A DNA stretch of 64,000 nucleotides from Octopus sinensis. Taxonomy: Eukaryota. The position numbers and the translations under genes are program-made. Each line of letters starts with the position of its first letter. Position 1 is the stretch's first letter. Shown here piece by piece: positions 37,488 to 50,843 of this stretch. Under the pieces are notes generated by a model. It ran no database searches, had not been told where the DNA came from, and saw only the letters and a program-made list of their open reading frames with translations. The stretch is from the NCBI RefSeq assembly GCF_006345805.1, contig NC_042997.1, forward strand, positions 26,474,001 through 26,538,000. Direction: 5' to 3'.

Positions 37488-38896
37488 TGGGGAATCATTC
37501 AGGTACTAAAATTCCCGACTTAGATGAAGCCGTCAAAAAGCTTATTGTTCGATAATGGATTGCAGTCTAGAATTGGATAAAATGTTCTCTTTACCTTAAA
37601 TTAATTCTCTATTCGTCCTTATGTGGGAACAGTCCGCGGAGAGTACAGGTGCTGTACATGAGCTTGAAAGTACAAAGAGAGAGACATGAAGGCGTAGCGG
37701 AAATGACGAGAGTATAAATGGAATATACACTAAATGTATAAAGTAACAGTTAAATAACAAACCCTGATTTATTTATTGATTCCCAATTATTATCTCTTGA
37801 ATCTAAAACTGCTAATCGTAAACATGTAAATTATTAAACAAGGAGAGAGAAAACTTACTAGGTCCATTTCTTATATACGTTAAGATGTTTAAAAAATTTT
37901 GTTTTACGATTAACTTTTATCTTCTCTTATCAGCTTTTCCCCCTATTTTTGTACCTTAAAATTCATTACTAAGTGAAATGTTTGATGACGTAATGATATA
38001 AGCTTATTCCAATTTAATTTTCAGAGACGACATTACTCGTCATCAAATCTCAATAAGAGCCTTATATGTTGTTACTTTTTTAACTACTATTGAAACTCAA
38101 ATTGTTGATTGGTAAATGACAAAATATGAGTTAAATTGTCAACAATATTAAAATTTTCCAGTAATTCATCGGCTTTGAATTTTTTTTCTAACGTGAATTA
38201 GTTTCAAAGAACGGAACCAATTACAGGCCTACTATATCCCCGAAGTGCTTTCAATGGTGCACGCATCTCATTTAATTAACTAGAGCAAACAGTCACTAAT
38301 AATTCTGTTATTCTCTCGATTGAAAACACAGAGAATTGAAAAGTAATGTTTACGATAAAAGTTAATGAGATTTTCTTTCTATTTAAATTAAGTTCATGAT
38401 GTGATAATGTAACCCTGCCAGGAGAAATCTATAAAATCTTTACCTTCTCACGCATATTATTCACATCATAAATACTATAAGGCACAAACGTACATGTATG
38501 ATTATATAAAACCCAAGGTGAATTGACGCTTTTTCGCTTTATATTGTTCGTGTGCTTTCTGATAAATGTTATGTTCGAACAAATCCCTTGTGTAACCCGT
38601 ACGTAAGTAGTCTTGCATCTGGAAAAGTTGCAAAAATGACGGCAATAATTTGGGACTCTGTTAAGTATACTCGTTTTATTTTGAATATTATTTAAACAAT
38701 ATTTCACAGTGACATTGACCACCTGGTTATGAATTCTCAAATTTGTTTACAACCATTATATTCAATAATTAGTGAAATACTTGATAGTCAGGTGTATCAC
38801 TTCTTAGCCACACCGTCTTTTGTCCACGCTTTCATTATACATGTTTATTATTTTATATCTCAATAAATTTTATGTAAGCGTATATATACGCTTACA

Positions 38897-39310
38897 TGGC
38901 TGTGTGGTAAGTAGCTTGCTAACCAACCACATGGTTCCGGGTTCAGTCCCACTGCGTGGCATCTTGGGCAAGTGTCTTCTGCTATAGCCCCGGGCCGACC
39001 AATGCCTTGTGAGTGGATTTGGTAGACGGAAACTGAAAGAAGCCTGTCGTATATATGTATATATATATATGTGTGTGTGTGTATGTGTTTGTGTGTCTGT
39101 GTTTGTCCCCCAAGCATTGCTTGACAACTGATGCTGGTGTGTTTACGTCCCCGTTACTTAGCGGTTCGGCAAAAGAGACGGATAGAATAAGTACTGGGTT
39201 TACAAAGAATAAGTCCCGGGGTCGATTTGCTCGACTAAAGGCGATGCTCCAGCATGGCCGCAGTCAAATGGCTGAAACAAGTAAAAGAGTAAAGAGAAAA
39301 GAGTAAAGAG
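38897..39310 (+). mobile_element. SINE family B, near full length
   Basis: TGGCTGTGTGGTAAG...GAAACAAGTAAAAGAG. Confidence 0.9.
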
Positions 39311-39351
<41 letters not shown>

Positions 39352-39871
39352 CAAAAGCGGGAGTGGTGTTTCCACGCAGGAAAAAAAATATAGGAAAATG
39401 TGTTGTTGAAAATGCACTTAAATTTCAAAAGCTTGTAAATATTTAAAATACATTTATTTACATATATACCGAAACTAGTTTCAACAATATTTTTTTGTTT
39501 ATCAAGGGTAAAAGTGTAAAATTAAAAAAAAACAAAACATCGTTATAGGTTTCAATGTTGACAAATTAAGATGTTTCAACGTTGACCAACTGAAATGTTT
39601 CAATGTTGAATTAAAATGTTTCAATGTTGATAAATTATCATGTTCAAAACAGAAGGTGTAAATTTGAAATTAAAACTGTATATTAATTTGTTAGAATGTA
39701 CAAGGTTCATTAATTTCAGTGGTGGTCGACAAGTCATGTTGAAAAAAAACAAGTGTGAGAATTAAAATAGTAAATAAAGTGAAATTACGGTTTCTCAGAT
39801 CTTCTTTAAATAGTCGCTTTCGCTTGTAATGGTATGTTTAGGGAAAGATGTATTTGTAAATCTTTATTTCT

Positions 39872-40089
39872 GCGAGCGGATCTGATTTTGATTCGTTAAA
39901 AAATTGATGAAGTTTTTCTTTCGTGGTCAAGCGTGTCGTTCTGCTTGGTTGGTTTCCTTGCAGGATACGGTTATTGGTCGGCGAGCGGATCTGATTTTGA
40001 TTCGTTAAAAAATTGATGAAGTTTTTCTTTCGTGGTCAAGCGTGTCGTTCTGCTTGGTTGGTTTCCTTGCAGGATACGGTTATTGGTCG
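39872..40089. repeat. Exact tandem duplication of 109 bp
   Basis: 39872-39980 is repeated at 39981-40089 (GCGAGCGGATCTG...TTATTGGTCG). Confidence 0.92.
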
Positions 40090-40270
40090 TTCCGGTTGGT
40101 TGGTTCTCTTAAAGGTTCTTTTCGTTGTATTCGTTGAAGTTCGGTTTTGATTGGTTTGGAATTATGTGACGTCAGCAAATGGTGTTTGTGGAATTTCATT
40201 GGACTGCGTGTTCCGAAACCGCATCTCCAAATCACCACACAAACAAAAGATGCTGACGTCACACAACTCC

Positions 40271-40327
<57 letters not shown>

Positions 40328-40389
40328 TGTGTGTGTATGCATATATATATAGATATATATATGTATGTATGTATGCATGTGTATATTTG

Positions 40390-40581
40390 TGTGTTTGTAT
40401 TTGTCCACTTACCATAGATTGCTTGACAACCGATGTTGGTGCGTTTACGTCGCCGTAATTTGGGAGTTTGGCAAAAGAGAGCAATAAAATAAATACTAGG
40501 CTCACAAAGAATAAGTCCTGGGTTCGATTCTTTCGACTAAATGCGGCCCTCCAGCATGGCTGCAAATCAAATGACTTAAAC
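40390..40581 (+). mobile_element. SINE family B, 3' half, diverged
   Basis: GCTTGACAACCGATGTTGGTG...CCAGCATGGCTGC..TCAAATGACT. Confidence 0.7.
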
Positions 40582-40663
40582 ATGTATATGAGTATATATA
40601 TATATATATATATATAGATAAGAAAGTTGGTTGTGAAAAGCACGTGGTTGAATATATAGAAAA

Positions 40664-40859
40664 TAGTAAAAGGGAAAAAACTACAGAAGGCTTAAAGGTT
40701 AAAAAATATATATTTGAGTCAATATGTCTGAAGAATATAAAAGTTTTTTCCTACAATGACATAAACTATGTCATTGTAGGAAAATTTTTAATATTCTTCA
40801 GAATTGACTCAAATATATATTTTTACCCTTAAGCCTTATAGTTTTTTCACTTTTTACTA
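40664..40859. mobile_element. Foldback/MITE-like element, ~100-bp imperfect arms, 3-nt loop
   Basis: Centre CCTACAATGACATA-AAC-TATGTCATTGTAGG. Confidence 0.85.
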
Positions 40860-40949
40860 GTTTATATTATATATATTATGTATGTATGTATGTTATAATA
40901 TATATATATCTCTATCTATATATATATATATATATTATATATATATATA

Positions 40950-40993
<44 letters not shown>

Positions 40994-41014
40994 ATATATA
41001 TACATAAACATAAT

Positions 41015-41160
41015 TGTTGAAATTTATAGAAAAACAGACGAAGACAGGTCTGTAAACACAAGGCAGTGCATTAGTTTGAGGCTCGGGAAAATCAAAAAGC
41101 CTTTAACATTTCGAGCCTACCCTCTTCTGCAGAAAGAAATAAGAGAAAAAAAAAATATAT
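41015..41160 (-). mobile_element. Family D element with hammerhead-like motif at 41101-41136
   Basis: CTTT-CTGCAGA-A-GAGG-GTAG-GCTC-GAAA-T-GTT-AAAG. Confidence 0.65.
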
Positions 41161-41449
41161 TTTAATGCCCATTCTTTTGTGACTGGTTTTTAGCAAAGGA
41201 GAGAGCCCAATACTGATGCTCTCCTTTAAGTTTCTGTGTATATATATATGTATGTATATATATATATACACATACACATACGTATACCTATCTGTATGCA
41301 TATGAACACACACACATACATACGTACATATATACATATACACATTGAATAGGTATATATATATATACACATACACATACGTATACCTATCTGTATGCAT
41401 ATGAACACACACACATACATACGTACATATATACATATACACATTGAAA

Positions 41450-41844
41450 TAATTACGATTTTACTCCCTACATAGGAAACAGGAGTGATATGCAACGATT
41501 TACATATAGAAGATCCTTGAGGTCTGGCACCAAACTTTCACACTGAAAGTTATACCAACCTTCAAACTAAACACCACTGCACTGCTCCAAAAGTCCACCC
41601 CATCCCGTCTTGAGCGTTGATCATGCACTACAATAGCTTGGGATTCAAAGGCCCACAACTATTTCATATCGTGCCAAAACTTCTGAAATATTTACATGTA
41701 GAAGAGGAAAATATTTTCAAGAAACAATTTGTACTCCTGCTGTCCAATGTCCCAGACGAAGCTACATCATGGACAGAAACTTAAAGGAGAGCATCAGTAT
41801 TGGGCTCTCTCCTCTGCTAAAAACCAGTCACAAAAGAATGAGCA

Positions 41845-41847
<3 letters not shown>
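41450..41847 (+). mobile_element. CR1/L2-group LINE 3' fragment
   Basis: HYNSLGFKGPQLFHIVPKLLKYLH..FKKQFVLLLSNVPDE. Its last 75 bp are duplicated in inverted orientation at 41163-41237. Confidence 0.7.
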
Positions 41848-41889
<42 letters not shown>

Positions 41890-43735
41890 GTATGTATGCA
41901 TGTATGTGTATATATGTATATACGTTGTTCATGAATGTGTACAGATGTGTCTACGAGTGTGAGTGCGAGTATGTTTGTACGTTTTGTACTTAAGATGGAG
42001 AGAACAAAAGACAAAAGTTGATTATCTTTTTATAGCTTTTAGCTGCCTTGAGGTTTGTGTCTCTTTATCACACTTGACAGCCAAAATATCTGCTTAGTTC
42101 TGATGACCTATAATGTCAACACAAGGCTAGAGCATATCTGTTGCTTCTTGTACGTTCTCAATGCCAATATTAGCTAGAAATGAATTTCGGTAAGTGAATT
42201 CAAATAATGTAATCGTTTGATGTCCTTGCTTCTTGAATGCCGTTCAAGTCTTCTAATTTTCCGATGAATCTGAATGTTATTCTAGGAGGAATCATTTATC
42301 CAACGACATTGGATTCGTTATGTTCGATGTAAGTAATCTCACCTGTTTGACATCTTACCTCTTTAAAATTCTACCTGATGATGGTTGATTTTATTATGTT
42401 GTTATTATTGCTTCACTTGCTGAAGTAAAATTTTGCAATGTTTTTGAGGAATGATGCTTGTATATTGCTTAGCTGATGATGTTATGGTATAATATATGAA
42501 TACATAAAATTTTACTGAAACAACTGTCCTAAATTTTAAACGTCATTTGTGTTCTCTAAGTCATACCTGGAACAAATATCAGAGACGGATCAAGGGTTTA
42601 TACTGGACTGGCACCTCGATATCTGCACTGTTACTTACATATTTGCAGTATCCTATCAAGACGCCATACCTTCATTTTCGTTTGACTCACTGTGAACACG
42701 TACCTAGCCATTTCTGGCATCCTGTATGTTCATGTGCCTAGGTTCTATTGAATCCTTATAATTACACACACACACACACACAAACACACACATACACACA
42801 CACACGCTCACATACACACGAAGACACAAAATATGAACACTTACAGGGACTAAATACGAATCGTTGGTTTCTCGGTTAGTTTTGTCAACTTATTTTATCA
42901 ACTTGCTTTCTGCATTAATATAAAGTTCTACCGGCTTAAACTTAAAAGAGCAGAAAATATTTAAAAGTCAAACAACTTACTTTTCTATTTACAATAACAA
43001 CAAAAAAAAAGAACTCAAATATTTGAGTTTAGATAATAAAATAAGGAGATTATGTTTGATTTTGGAAAGAATTAATAGAATTAAAGCTGATAGAACATTC
43101 TAGAATTTCTGGTAAGAATAAGTATATGTTAACCCTATTTCTGTTCGAAATTTTATTCATACTTCAATTAATATTATCGGTTTACTGAGTTATTTTATTG
43201 GAGGAAAATAAATTTATTATAAAATTATTGTAATTTTTAAAATTAGCATTTCATTTAAATGAAATCAAATGTTACTTTCCTCTGGGATGAATTCACATGT
43301 GCATCTTCAAATCTGAACTCAGAAGTGTGATAAACCGAATTAAGGCTGCTTAAAGCATTGCTTTAAATTCTGCATCGCTTTTACGCCCAATGCTTTAAAT
43401 TTTGCATAAATTAACTTAATATATTTTGCAACAGGTTACATAAAATGTGGTCGAGAGTCGCAAGGGAGGTGGCATTATGAAATTTTATTTTCTTTCCTTC
43501 AAAACACTCAGCATATTTTATTTGATAAATTTTAATAAATACTAAGCTGCCAGAATGTTTAGTGCGTCACAAAAGTGCATTGTGAAATTTTTAACGGTTG
43601 TTGCTGAGTTCTAATCCTGTTGAAGTCAAACTTGCCTTTCATGGTTTCGGGGCCGATGAAATAAGTTCCACTTAAGTAATGGGGTCGATATAATCCCTGA
43701 AAATTACTATCCTAGTGTCGAAATTTGAAAAGAAG

Positions 43736-43767
<32 letters not shown>

Positions 43768-43768
<1 letters not shown>

Positions 43769-44323
43769 TGAGTGAGAGAGAAGTGCATGCTATCAAAATG
43801 AGACTGAGGTAAAATATACGAAGCCCAGTATACCCATCATGACTACCTTTCTGATAAGGGTACACTAGGCACATGCATCACAACCATATGTGCGCGACAT
43901 GGTGATCTCATATCAAGACAAACAGCGCATGATCTTGCAGGTGGGGCCCAGTTAGAATTTTCTTCTGGTCGAGTAGCCCATCCCGCTCAAAATGTCCCTG
44001 AATAAGGATTGTTTATGGATTTTGAACGAAACTTCCATGTTTCCAGAGGTGAATTATCCAAGTATCTAAGAATTACTCTCAACACACAGCTATGATGCTA
44101 CCCCAATATTTCTACTCATGATCAGAGATGCACCTATCGTCAGCGACAAAGGGACATGGTCAACTGGTTAAGGTCAAACAACTGACAAGAAAATCTGTGG
44201 TATTGAGCAGAACATTTGCTGTAGCCCATCTTTTATACCAAGACAAAACAATGTACATGATAATACTTCCAATCAGTTAAGATCAGAAGCTATGAGAGCC
44301 ACTGTCTGGTACTGCACCAGGGC
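43768..44323 (-). mobile_element. Family E repeat, full length, abutting (TTA)n
   Basis: Reverse complement of 9107-9635, starting GCCCTGGTGCAGTACCAGACAGTGGCTCTC on minus. Confidence 0.88.
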
Positions 44324-44757
44324 ATTTTATCATTATTACACTTCATTGAAGATAGTCAGTCTTAAATTAGAACGAGCAGAGGAATGTACTACCTGCCCTT
44401 CACATCTGCAGACTGAATAACAAAAGAAGTCCAACATTACACCACTCACCTCCAGCGTCTTATAACTACCATTCCTTTCTCTCTTTCCAACACCTTCCTG
44501 CCCACCAAATTCTTACAGAAATACCCACGTACCTCAATCAATCTTCTCACTGGTCAAAAGAGATAAACAACCTTCCGTTAGACATCCATTAAGGCTATAT
44601 CACCTGAAGAAATGAATCCATGAAGACGATCTACCTGATGCCCACGGATACTACGGACTACACTGTAATCATCCCAAGAGTACGAACTCTGATCTTAAGA
44701 GATACGTAACTTGTGGAAACGCGCGTAGCGATGCGTTAAAATATCTATAAATTCCAT

Positions 44758-45044
44758 TCAAAGATCATGGTTGTATATAGGCATATATGCAGAAAGAATT
44801 TGTAGACAGTATTTAATAGGGAAGAGCATTTGAAATTGCAGAGGTCTTTTAGTACATATAAGCCTTGTACGTGTGTACAAGACTGGAAATGAAGAAAAAG
44901 GTTGGTCGTTTCCCTAAAATTCTGTATAAATACTGAAATAGGATTTCTGATGAAGATTTGACTAAGCAATACACTCTTTTTCCTATTAAATACTGTCTAC
45001 AAATTCTTTCTGCATATATGCTTATTTACAACCATGATCTTTGA
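44758..45044. mobile_element. Foldback/MITE-like element, ~70-bp arms, ~147-bp spacer
   Basis: Arms 44758-44826 and 44974-45044 (TCAAAGATCATGGTTGTA..GCATATATGCAGAAAGAATTTGTAGACAG). Confidence 0.85.
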
Positions 45045-45399
45045 TGAACTTATGAATAATTATGAATTTATTTTACTACCTATTTTGAACACCTTCATGT
45101 AAACTGTTTCAACAAAAATCCCCTCTTAACATTTTCCTATCATTGTCAAAGACGCTATCCCTACATTTTAATACATCTATGTTAACCACTTTTAACGCAA
45201 CAAAGGCTACACAAAGACTTACATTTTAATTTTGAAAATCTGTTTTAAAGAAAGTGAAACCGGTCAAGTCAATAAACATCTTTATACAATATATATATAT
45301 ATATCCCAATGTATATATATATTATATATATATCTATATATGATATATATATATATATTATATCTATATATTCTTATATTATATATATAATATATATAT

Positions 45400-45630
45400 T
45401 CCTCACCATGTGTACTTCGTAAACACCATTCGTTTTTTTCCCCATCCACCTGTTGCCCGCTTTGGGATCTTTCTTTCCTCTCTATCCTTCTTTATGTTCC
45501 GACGAATAGCCCGCTCGAAACGTCATCCTTCCCACTTCCATATTTCCTAGCGCCTAAGTATTAATACTGTAATGGTTCCCTGTTGTTGTTTTTTTTGTTT
45601 TCACCGTTTGGATTAAAATTAATATATAAT
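45400..45630 (+). mobile_element. Diverged family D-related element with hammerhead-like motif at 45499-45524
   Basis: CCGACGA-A-TAGC-CC-GCTC-GAAA-C-GTC. Flanked by (TA)n. Confidence 0.55.
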
Positions 45631-46969
45631 ATTTATTATAGTGAGAGAGAGAGAGAGAGAGAGGAGAGAGAAAGAAAAAATGAGAGCGAGAGAAAGAAAG
45701 AGAGAGTAAAAAGCGATACACATATACTCACACATTATTGTGAGTTTAATTTTCTAGTAAATTATGCGCACTACTTTGCATGTATTATGAAATCCGCTTG
45801 TGAAGACAAACACTCACCAATCCATGCAAACTGTTGTGTTTGTGTTTGTGCGCGCACGTTTGCGAGTGTGCAGAAAGACAAAGTAAAAGAGAAATAAAGA
45901 GAAAAGGGAGAGCGAATCTTTTTATGTAAGAAATGTTTGTTAGAAGGATTTTATGGTTCAGTAATCTCTTCAATAATAGAATATCTTATCAGTTTCTTTG
46001 AAGGCTTATTCTTCGTGGAGCGCTTGCATCTGACATGTATTTAAATTAGATTGAACTGCCTAAATAGCAGCCAATATACGTAATACAAATACGTTTTGTC
46101 CGAAAACAGTGAATGTTAATTAACAGATAAAATCGTATGATGGAGTAGAATTCAAAATTACATTGTAGTTAACCTCATTTGCTCTATTGTAAGTAACTTT
46201 GTTGGAATATTTCTAAAAGAACATTTCAATCGATACGGCATCATATTTGTAAAACAAAACAAAAGAAAATGGTATTAGTGCCAAAGATAGATCGTTAGAG
46301 TGAAAATAAACAAGAGAATTAAGCTTATAATTGAGAAACTCATGCATTAATTATATAAGCATATGAATGATAACATTTCATGTAAAATATTCTAATACAC
46401 CACATTCGAGCGTAATAATTGCTTTACTTTTGAAGTTCTCAAGAATCCAGCAGACGATAATCAAACCAATTAATTTCAAGAAAATAAAACCAGCCTCATA
46501 CGTGGCTTGAAATATCTTTTGTTACTGATCGACGTCAGAATGCATGCTTGCTTCACAAGAAGTTTCATATTAACTGGATCAGATACCCTTTCATTCTCCA
46601 ATAAGTGAAATCTTACCTGGATATTTCCAGAAAAATATATTATGCTTTTAGGGGGCAAACGTTTTTATTTTCGCTTATTTTATATTGTCATGCGGTCCGT
46701 GACCGTTCGAAGTAATTTAATATATTGTTGTTCATATTTGGCCCACAGTCAATACTGAACAGACAGATCTAGATTAGAGGCCTTTCAGCTCCTATTAACA
46801 TGACATATATATTTCAGTCATCACATTATATTTTAAAATTATCTAGATTTTGTTTATGGCTTGGAAAAAAAACCGAATTTATAATCTATTATTAGTGCAT
46901 TCAACACTCCTCTCTAGACAACTTATTAATTACACCGTAGAAAGATCGAGGCATCAATTAGTCTTAATC

Positions 46970-47120
46970 TAGCCATGTCAATTGGATTAAGTCGATTTAA
47001 TCGACCCCGAAAGGATGAAAAGCAAAGTCGACCTCGGCGCAATTTGAACTCAGAACGTTGCGGCAGACGAAATGCCGCTAAGCATTTCGCCCGGCGTGCT
47101 AACGATTCTGCCAGCTCGCC
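46970..47120 (-). mobile_element. SINE family C, partial
   Basis: ATCGACCCCGAAAGGATGAAAAGCAAAGTCGACCTCGGCG...GCTAACGATTCTGCCAGCTCGCC. Confidence 0.85.
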
Positions 47121-47463
47121 GTCTTTTGTCAGTTCTATTCTGTTAAGCCTTATATTCGGACCAATAAGAAATAGCTGAAAATAGAGAACTTACACATATT
47201 TGTTGAAAACATGCAAAAATGCCACCCAGGAAGCTCTTTACCACGCACCTGATAACAAAAACGATAAGACAAGCATAATAAGGTGCATGCGGTTGAATAT
47301 CTTTATCTACGAGAAAAAAATTAGCGAGTCACTTGCAGAGAAGCAAAGATGTAAAAAATGCAAAGAGCCCTCTCCAGACCAAAAGAAAAGTAATTGAAAA
47401 AGCTCCAAATTTTCGAAGCTGCTTTCATCAACGGTTTAAAATCGTAAAATTTCGACACCATAA

Positions 47464-47865
47464 TACTCTTTACTCTCTTAATTTTTCAGTCATTTGACTG
47501 CGGCCATGCTGGAGTACCGCCTTTATAGTCGAGCAAATCGACCCCAGAGTTTATTCTTTGTAAGCCTAGTACTTATTCTATCGGTCTATTTTGCCGAACT
47601 ACTAAGTTACAGGGACGTAAACACACCAGCATCGGTTGTCAAGCGATGCTGGGGGGACAGACACACAAACATACAGACACACATATACATATACATATAT
47701 ACATATACATATATACATATACGACGGGATTCTTCCCGTTTCCGTCTACCAAATCCACTCACAAGACTTTGGTCGGCCCGAGGCTATAGTAGAAGACACT
47801 TGCCCAAAGTGCCATGCAGTGGGACTGAACCCGGAACTATGTGGTTGGTAAGCAAGCTACTTACC
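47464..47865 (-). mobile_element. SINE family B
   Basis: Reverse complement of the B consensus, slightly 5'-clipped. Confidence 0.88.
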
Positions 47866-48388
47866 TAAATGTGAACTTTTAAAAGATCTTGAACAATTCT
47901 ATGAAACAATTCCAATAATGTTCAACATACCCGTACTTTCAGATATATGAGGCAACATATACAAAATAAGCACCATCATATTGATAAACATCAGAAAAGA
48001 ATAACCACTTTGCATGTAGTACTACTACGATAGAGGTGAAGCTACCAGTTTTGTAAGTAAAATGAGAGAGTAATATGAAGTCTTGTGGTCAAGTTTCAAA
48101 GTAGCCAATCCAAACAAAAATTAATTGAAAATTTCTCAGTTAGACCAATCTCAATGCTGTGACCTAAAATTCGAGGCTTTCCAAATATTAAAACAACCTA
48201 CAATGTCACTTAACGAGGTATCAGTTAAAGTTATCAGTGGAAATTCTGGTGAGTGGAAAGGATTTCCACATATTACAGATTCCAACTACATTGCATGAAA
48301 TTAAAATGCCGCGAAATTGTTGCAATTTGACGCATATCTATCACGTGACCAGTCTTACTAATGTGAAGTGGTGTAGCAGATATGTAGC

Positions 48389-48620
48389 GGCGACGAGCTG
48401 GCAGAAACGTTAGCACGCCGAGCGAAATGCTTAGCGGTATTTCGTCTGTCGTTACGTTCCGAGTTCAAATTCCGCCGAGGTCGACTTTGCCTTTCATCCT
48501 TTCGGGGTCGATAAATTAAGTACCAGTTACGCACTGGGGTCAATGTAATCGACTTAATACCTATGTCTGCCCATGTTTGTCCCCTCTATGTTTAGCCCCT
48601 TGTGGGTAATAAAGAAATAG
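48389..48620 (+). mobile_element. SINE family C, full length
   Basis: GGCGACGAGCTGGCAGAAACGTTAGCACGCCG...TAATAAAGAAATAG. Confidence 0.92.
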
Positions 48621-49983
48621 GTGTAGCAGATAAGACGCTCACGCGATGCACTAATATATACGTATGTATGTACCTATGGATGTATGTGTGTGTATGGTAT
48701 GTATGTGGGTTTATGTATGTGTGTATGAGAGAGAGAGAGGGAGAGAAAGAGAGAGAGACCGTTTTTGTGCTTCTAAATATTTGTTGTCTCTCACCTATAG
48801 GCAACAGGCATTAATTTGTCTGAGCTCTTGCAATTTAGCAGTTTAGCAAAAATTTACTGAAAGAATACGTACTGATGTTGATTGTATCGATTAAGTTGCT
48901 TTTAAGATGTCTCAGCATGGCCGTAGCCCGATCACTGAGAGAAATAAAAGAAAGCAAGAATTATGAAATATACTTATACGTGTATACGTGTGTCTGTCTT
49001 TCTATATGCACGTATGTATGTATGTATGTATTTTTGTATGTTTGTATTTGTCTATCTACCTATTTATCTATCTATCTGTTTCTTTATGTACACGCGCACA
49101 CACACATACACACACATACACAGAGGCACAAGCATAATGCAATTTATAAAGGACTTCACTCAATGCTTGTCTCCTTGTACTTAAGTATGTTAGACGGTGT
49201 CTATAAATTTTCAAAATGTACAATATTTACCAATGATTTGCGTTTCATCTTCAGAAGTTCAAATGCTATCCGTCAATTTTAGAAATAGAAAGATTGGCAA
49301 CAGTTAGAGGAATAGAATTTATGATATAGTTAATAGCCTTTTAGGGTTCTTCAAATATTATTTTCTTGTTTTTGCCTTTGAATAAAAATCAATATTACAA
49401 ATACTTTTGTCACAATTAACTTTTGATTTATATGTTTTAGCTGAAGAAAAATATTTAATGGTTTAGTTTCTAGTCAGAAATATTGATCTTAAGAAAGGAT
49501 TACACCAAACCCAAATACTACTATCTGTCGTCACGCAGCCGGTCATAAACATCTCGGAATATTTTCGCGCATACACATGCGTAGATGCATAGACATATAT
49601 TATCATAAGGATGGTCGTAGTAGTGATGGCCCTGATAATGGTTGTGGTCATGATTATAATGATGATGATGAATTTAGTGGTGTAGCGGTGCTGATGGTCA
49701 TGGTTGTGCTGTTGTTGCTGTTGGTAGTGGCGGTGGTGGTGGAGGTTGTGATGGTAGTGGTGTTGTTGTTGATGATGATGATGATGATGGTGGTGATGAT
49801 GACGATGATGATGATGATGATGATGATGAGATGATGAGGAGGAGGAGGAGGAATTTTGTGTCGTTCTACTGCAGTATGTAGTCATCAAATTAGCTTGCAT
49901 TGCGTAGCCACAGTTTGCGTTAAGGTGATTTTCTGATTGAATCAAGCATGACTCTACATTTGGGAAAAGCTGAACATTTGAAT

Positions 49984-50365
49984 TGGAAGCACTCCGTCGG
50001 TTACGACGATGAGGGTTCCGGTTGATCCGACCAACGGAACAGCCTGCTCATGAAATTAACGTGTAAGTGGCTGAGCACTCCACAGACACGTGTACCATTA
50101 ACGTAGTTCTCGGGGATATTCAGCGTGACACAGAGAGTGACAAGGCCGGCCCTTTGATATACAGGTACAACAGAAACAGGAAGAAAGAGTGAGAGAAAGT
50201 TGTGGTGAAAGAGTACAGCAGGGATCACCACCATCCCCTGCCGGAGCCTCGTGGAGCTTTAGGTGTTTTCGCTCAATAAACACTCACAACGCCCGGTCTG
50301 GGTATCGAAACCGCGATCCTACGACCGCGAATCCGCTGCCCTAACCACTGGGCCATTGCGCCTCC
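49984..50365 (-). mobile_element. SINE family A, full length, ~13-bp TSD
   Basis: GAACATT[T/C]GAATT at 49972-49984 and 50366-50378. Confidence 0.92.
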
Positions 50366-50800
50366 GAACATTCGAATTACCAGGACAGTGAATTACGCAA
50401 CTTTCTGTCCATCTAATGGCGCTGACAAAGCTTTAGGCGACCTATGACTTTTCGTAAAAATCACTTACCAAAACGGTATTCATTCTGTAGCCGACAACCA
50501 CTCGACTCGGTTTGCGTCCATATCAGTATGCACACAAGCAATTGTATTGGACATAAAAAACGTAAGTGAATAATTCACTGAAACAATAGCATGAGTATAG
50601 ATAATTAAGTTAATGGGTGATGCACTGAATGCCGCACGCAGTAAATTCTTAACTAGATTTATTGTAATTTTCGTTAAAGTAAAAGGAAGAAAACGAAAAA
50701 CTCTTGTGGTGTGATAAATCTTAGCCACTTTCAAATAAATGTGTGTGAGTATGTGTGTGTGTGTTTGTGTGTGTGTATGTGTGTGTGTGTGTGTGTGTGT

Positions 50801-50843
<43 letters not shown>

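Noticed and set aside
39400-39487. TGTTG-TTGAAAA...GAAAC-TA-GTT-TCAACA
   Set aside because: Two core mismatches and no convincing stem II.
43768-44323. HDV-like ribozyme at the 5' end of family E (expected for some R2/R4-related RNAs)
   Set aside because: A short P2-like pairing (CAGT/ACTG) exists, but P3, P1.1 and P4 cannot be built.
44680-44735. CTGATCT...GAAACGCGCGTA, resembling the Schistosoma-type hammerhead stem III
   Set aside because: The core is broken at G8/A9 and no stem I can be formed. At most an ancient remnant.
42286-48052. Candidate small exons at 42286-42328, 48020-48052 and 28258-28303 (plus) and 55078-55092 (minus)
   Set aside because: AG...GTAAG(T/A)-type pairs are expected by chance in 64 kb of AT-rich DNA. 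No recognisable protein motif or consistent gene model.
49577-49850. Poly-His/Gln ORF on minus strand (49463-49945)
   Set aside because: Decayed (TGA/TGG)n trinucleotide repeat with no flanking coding context.
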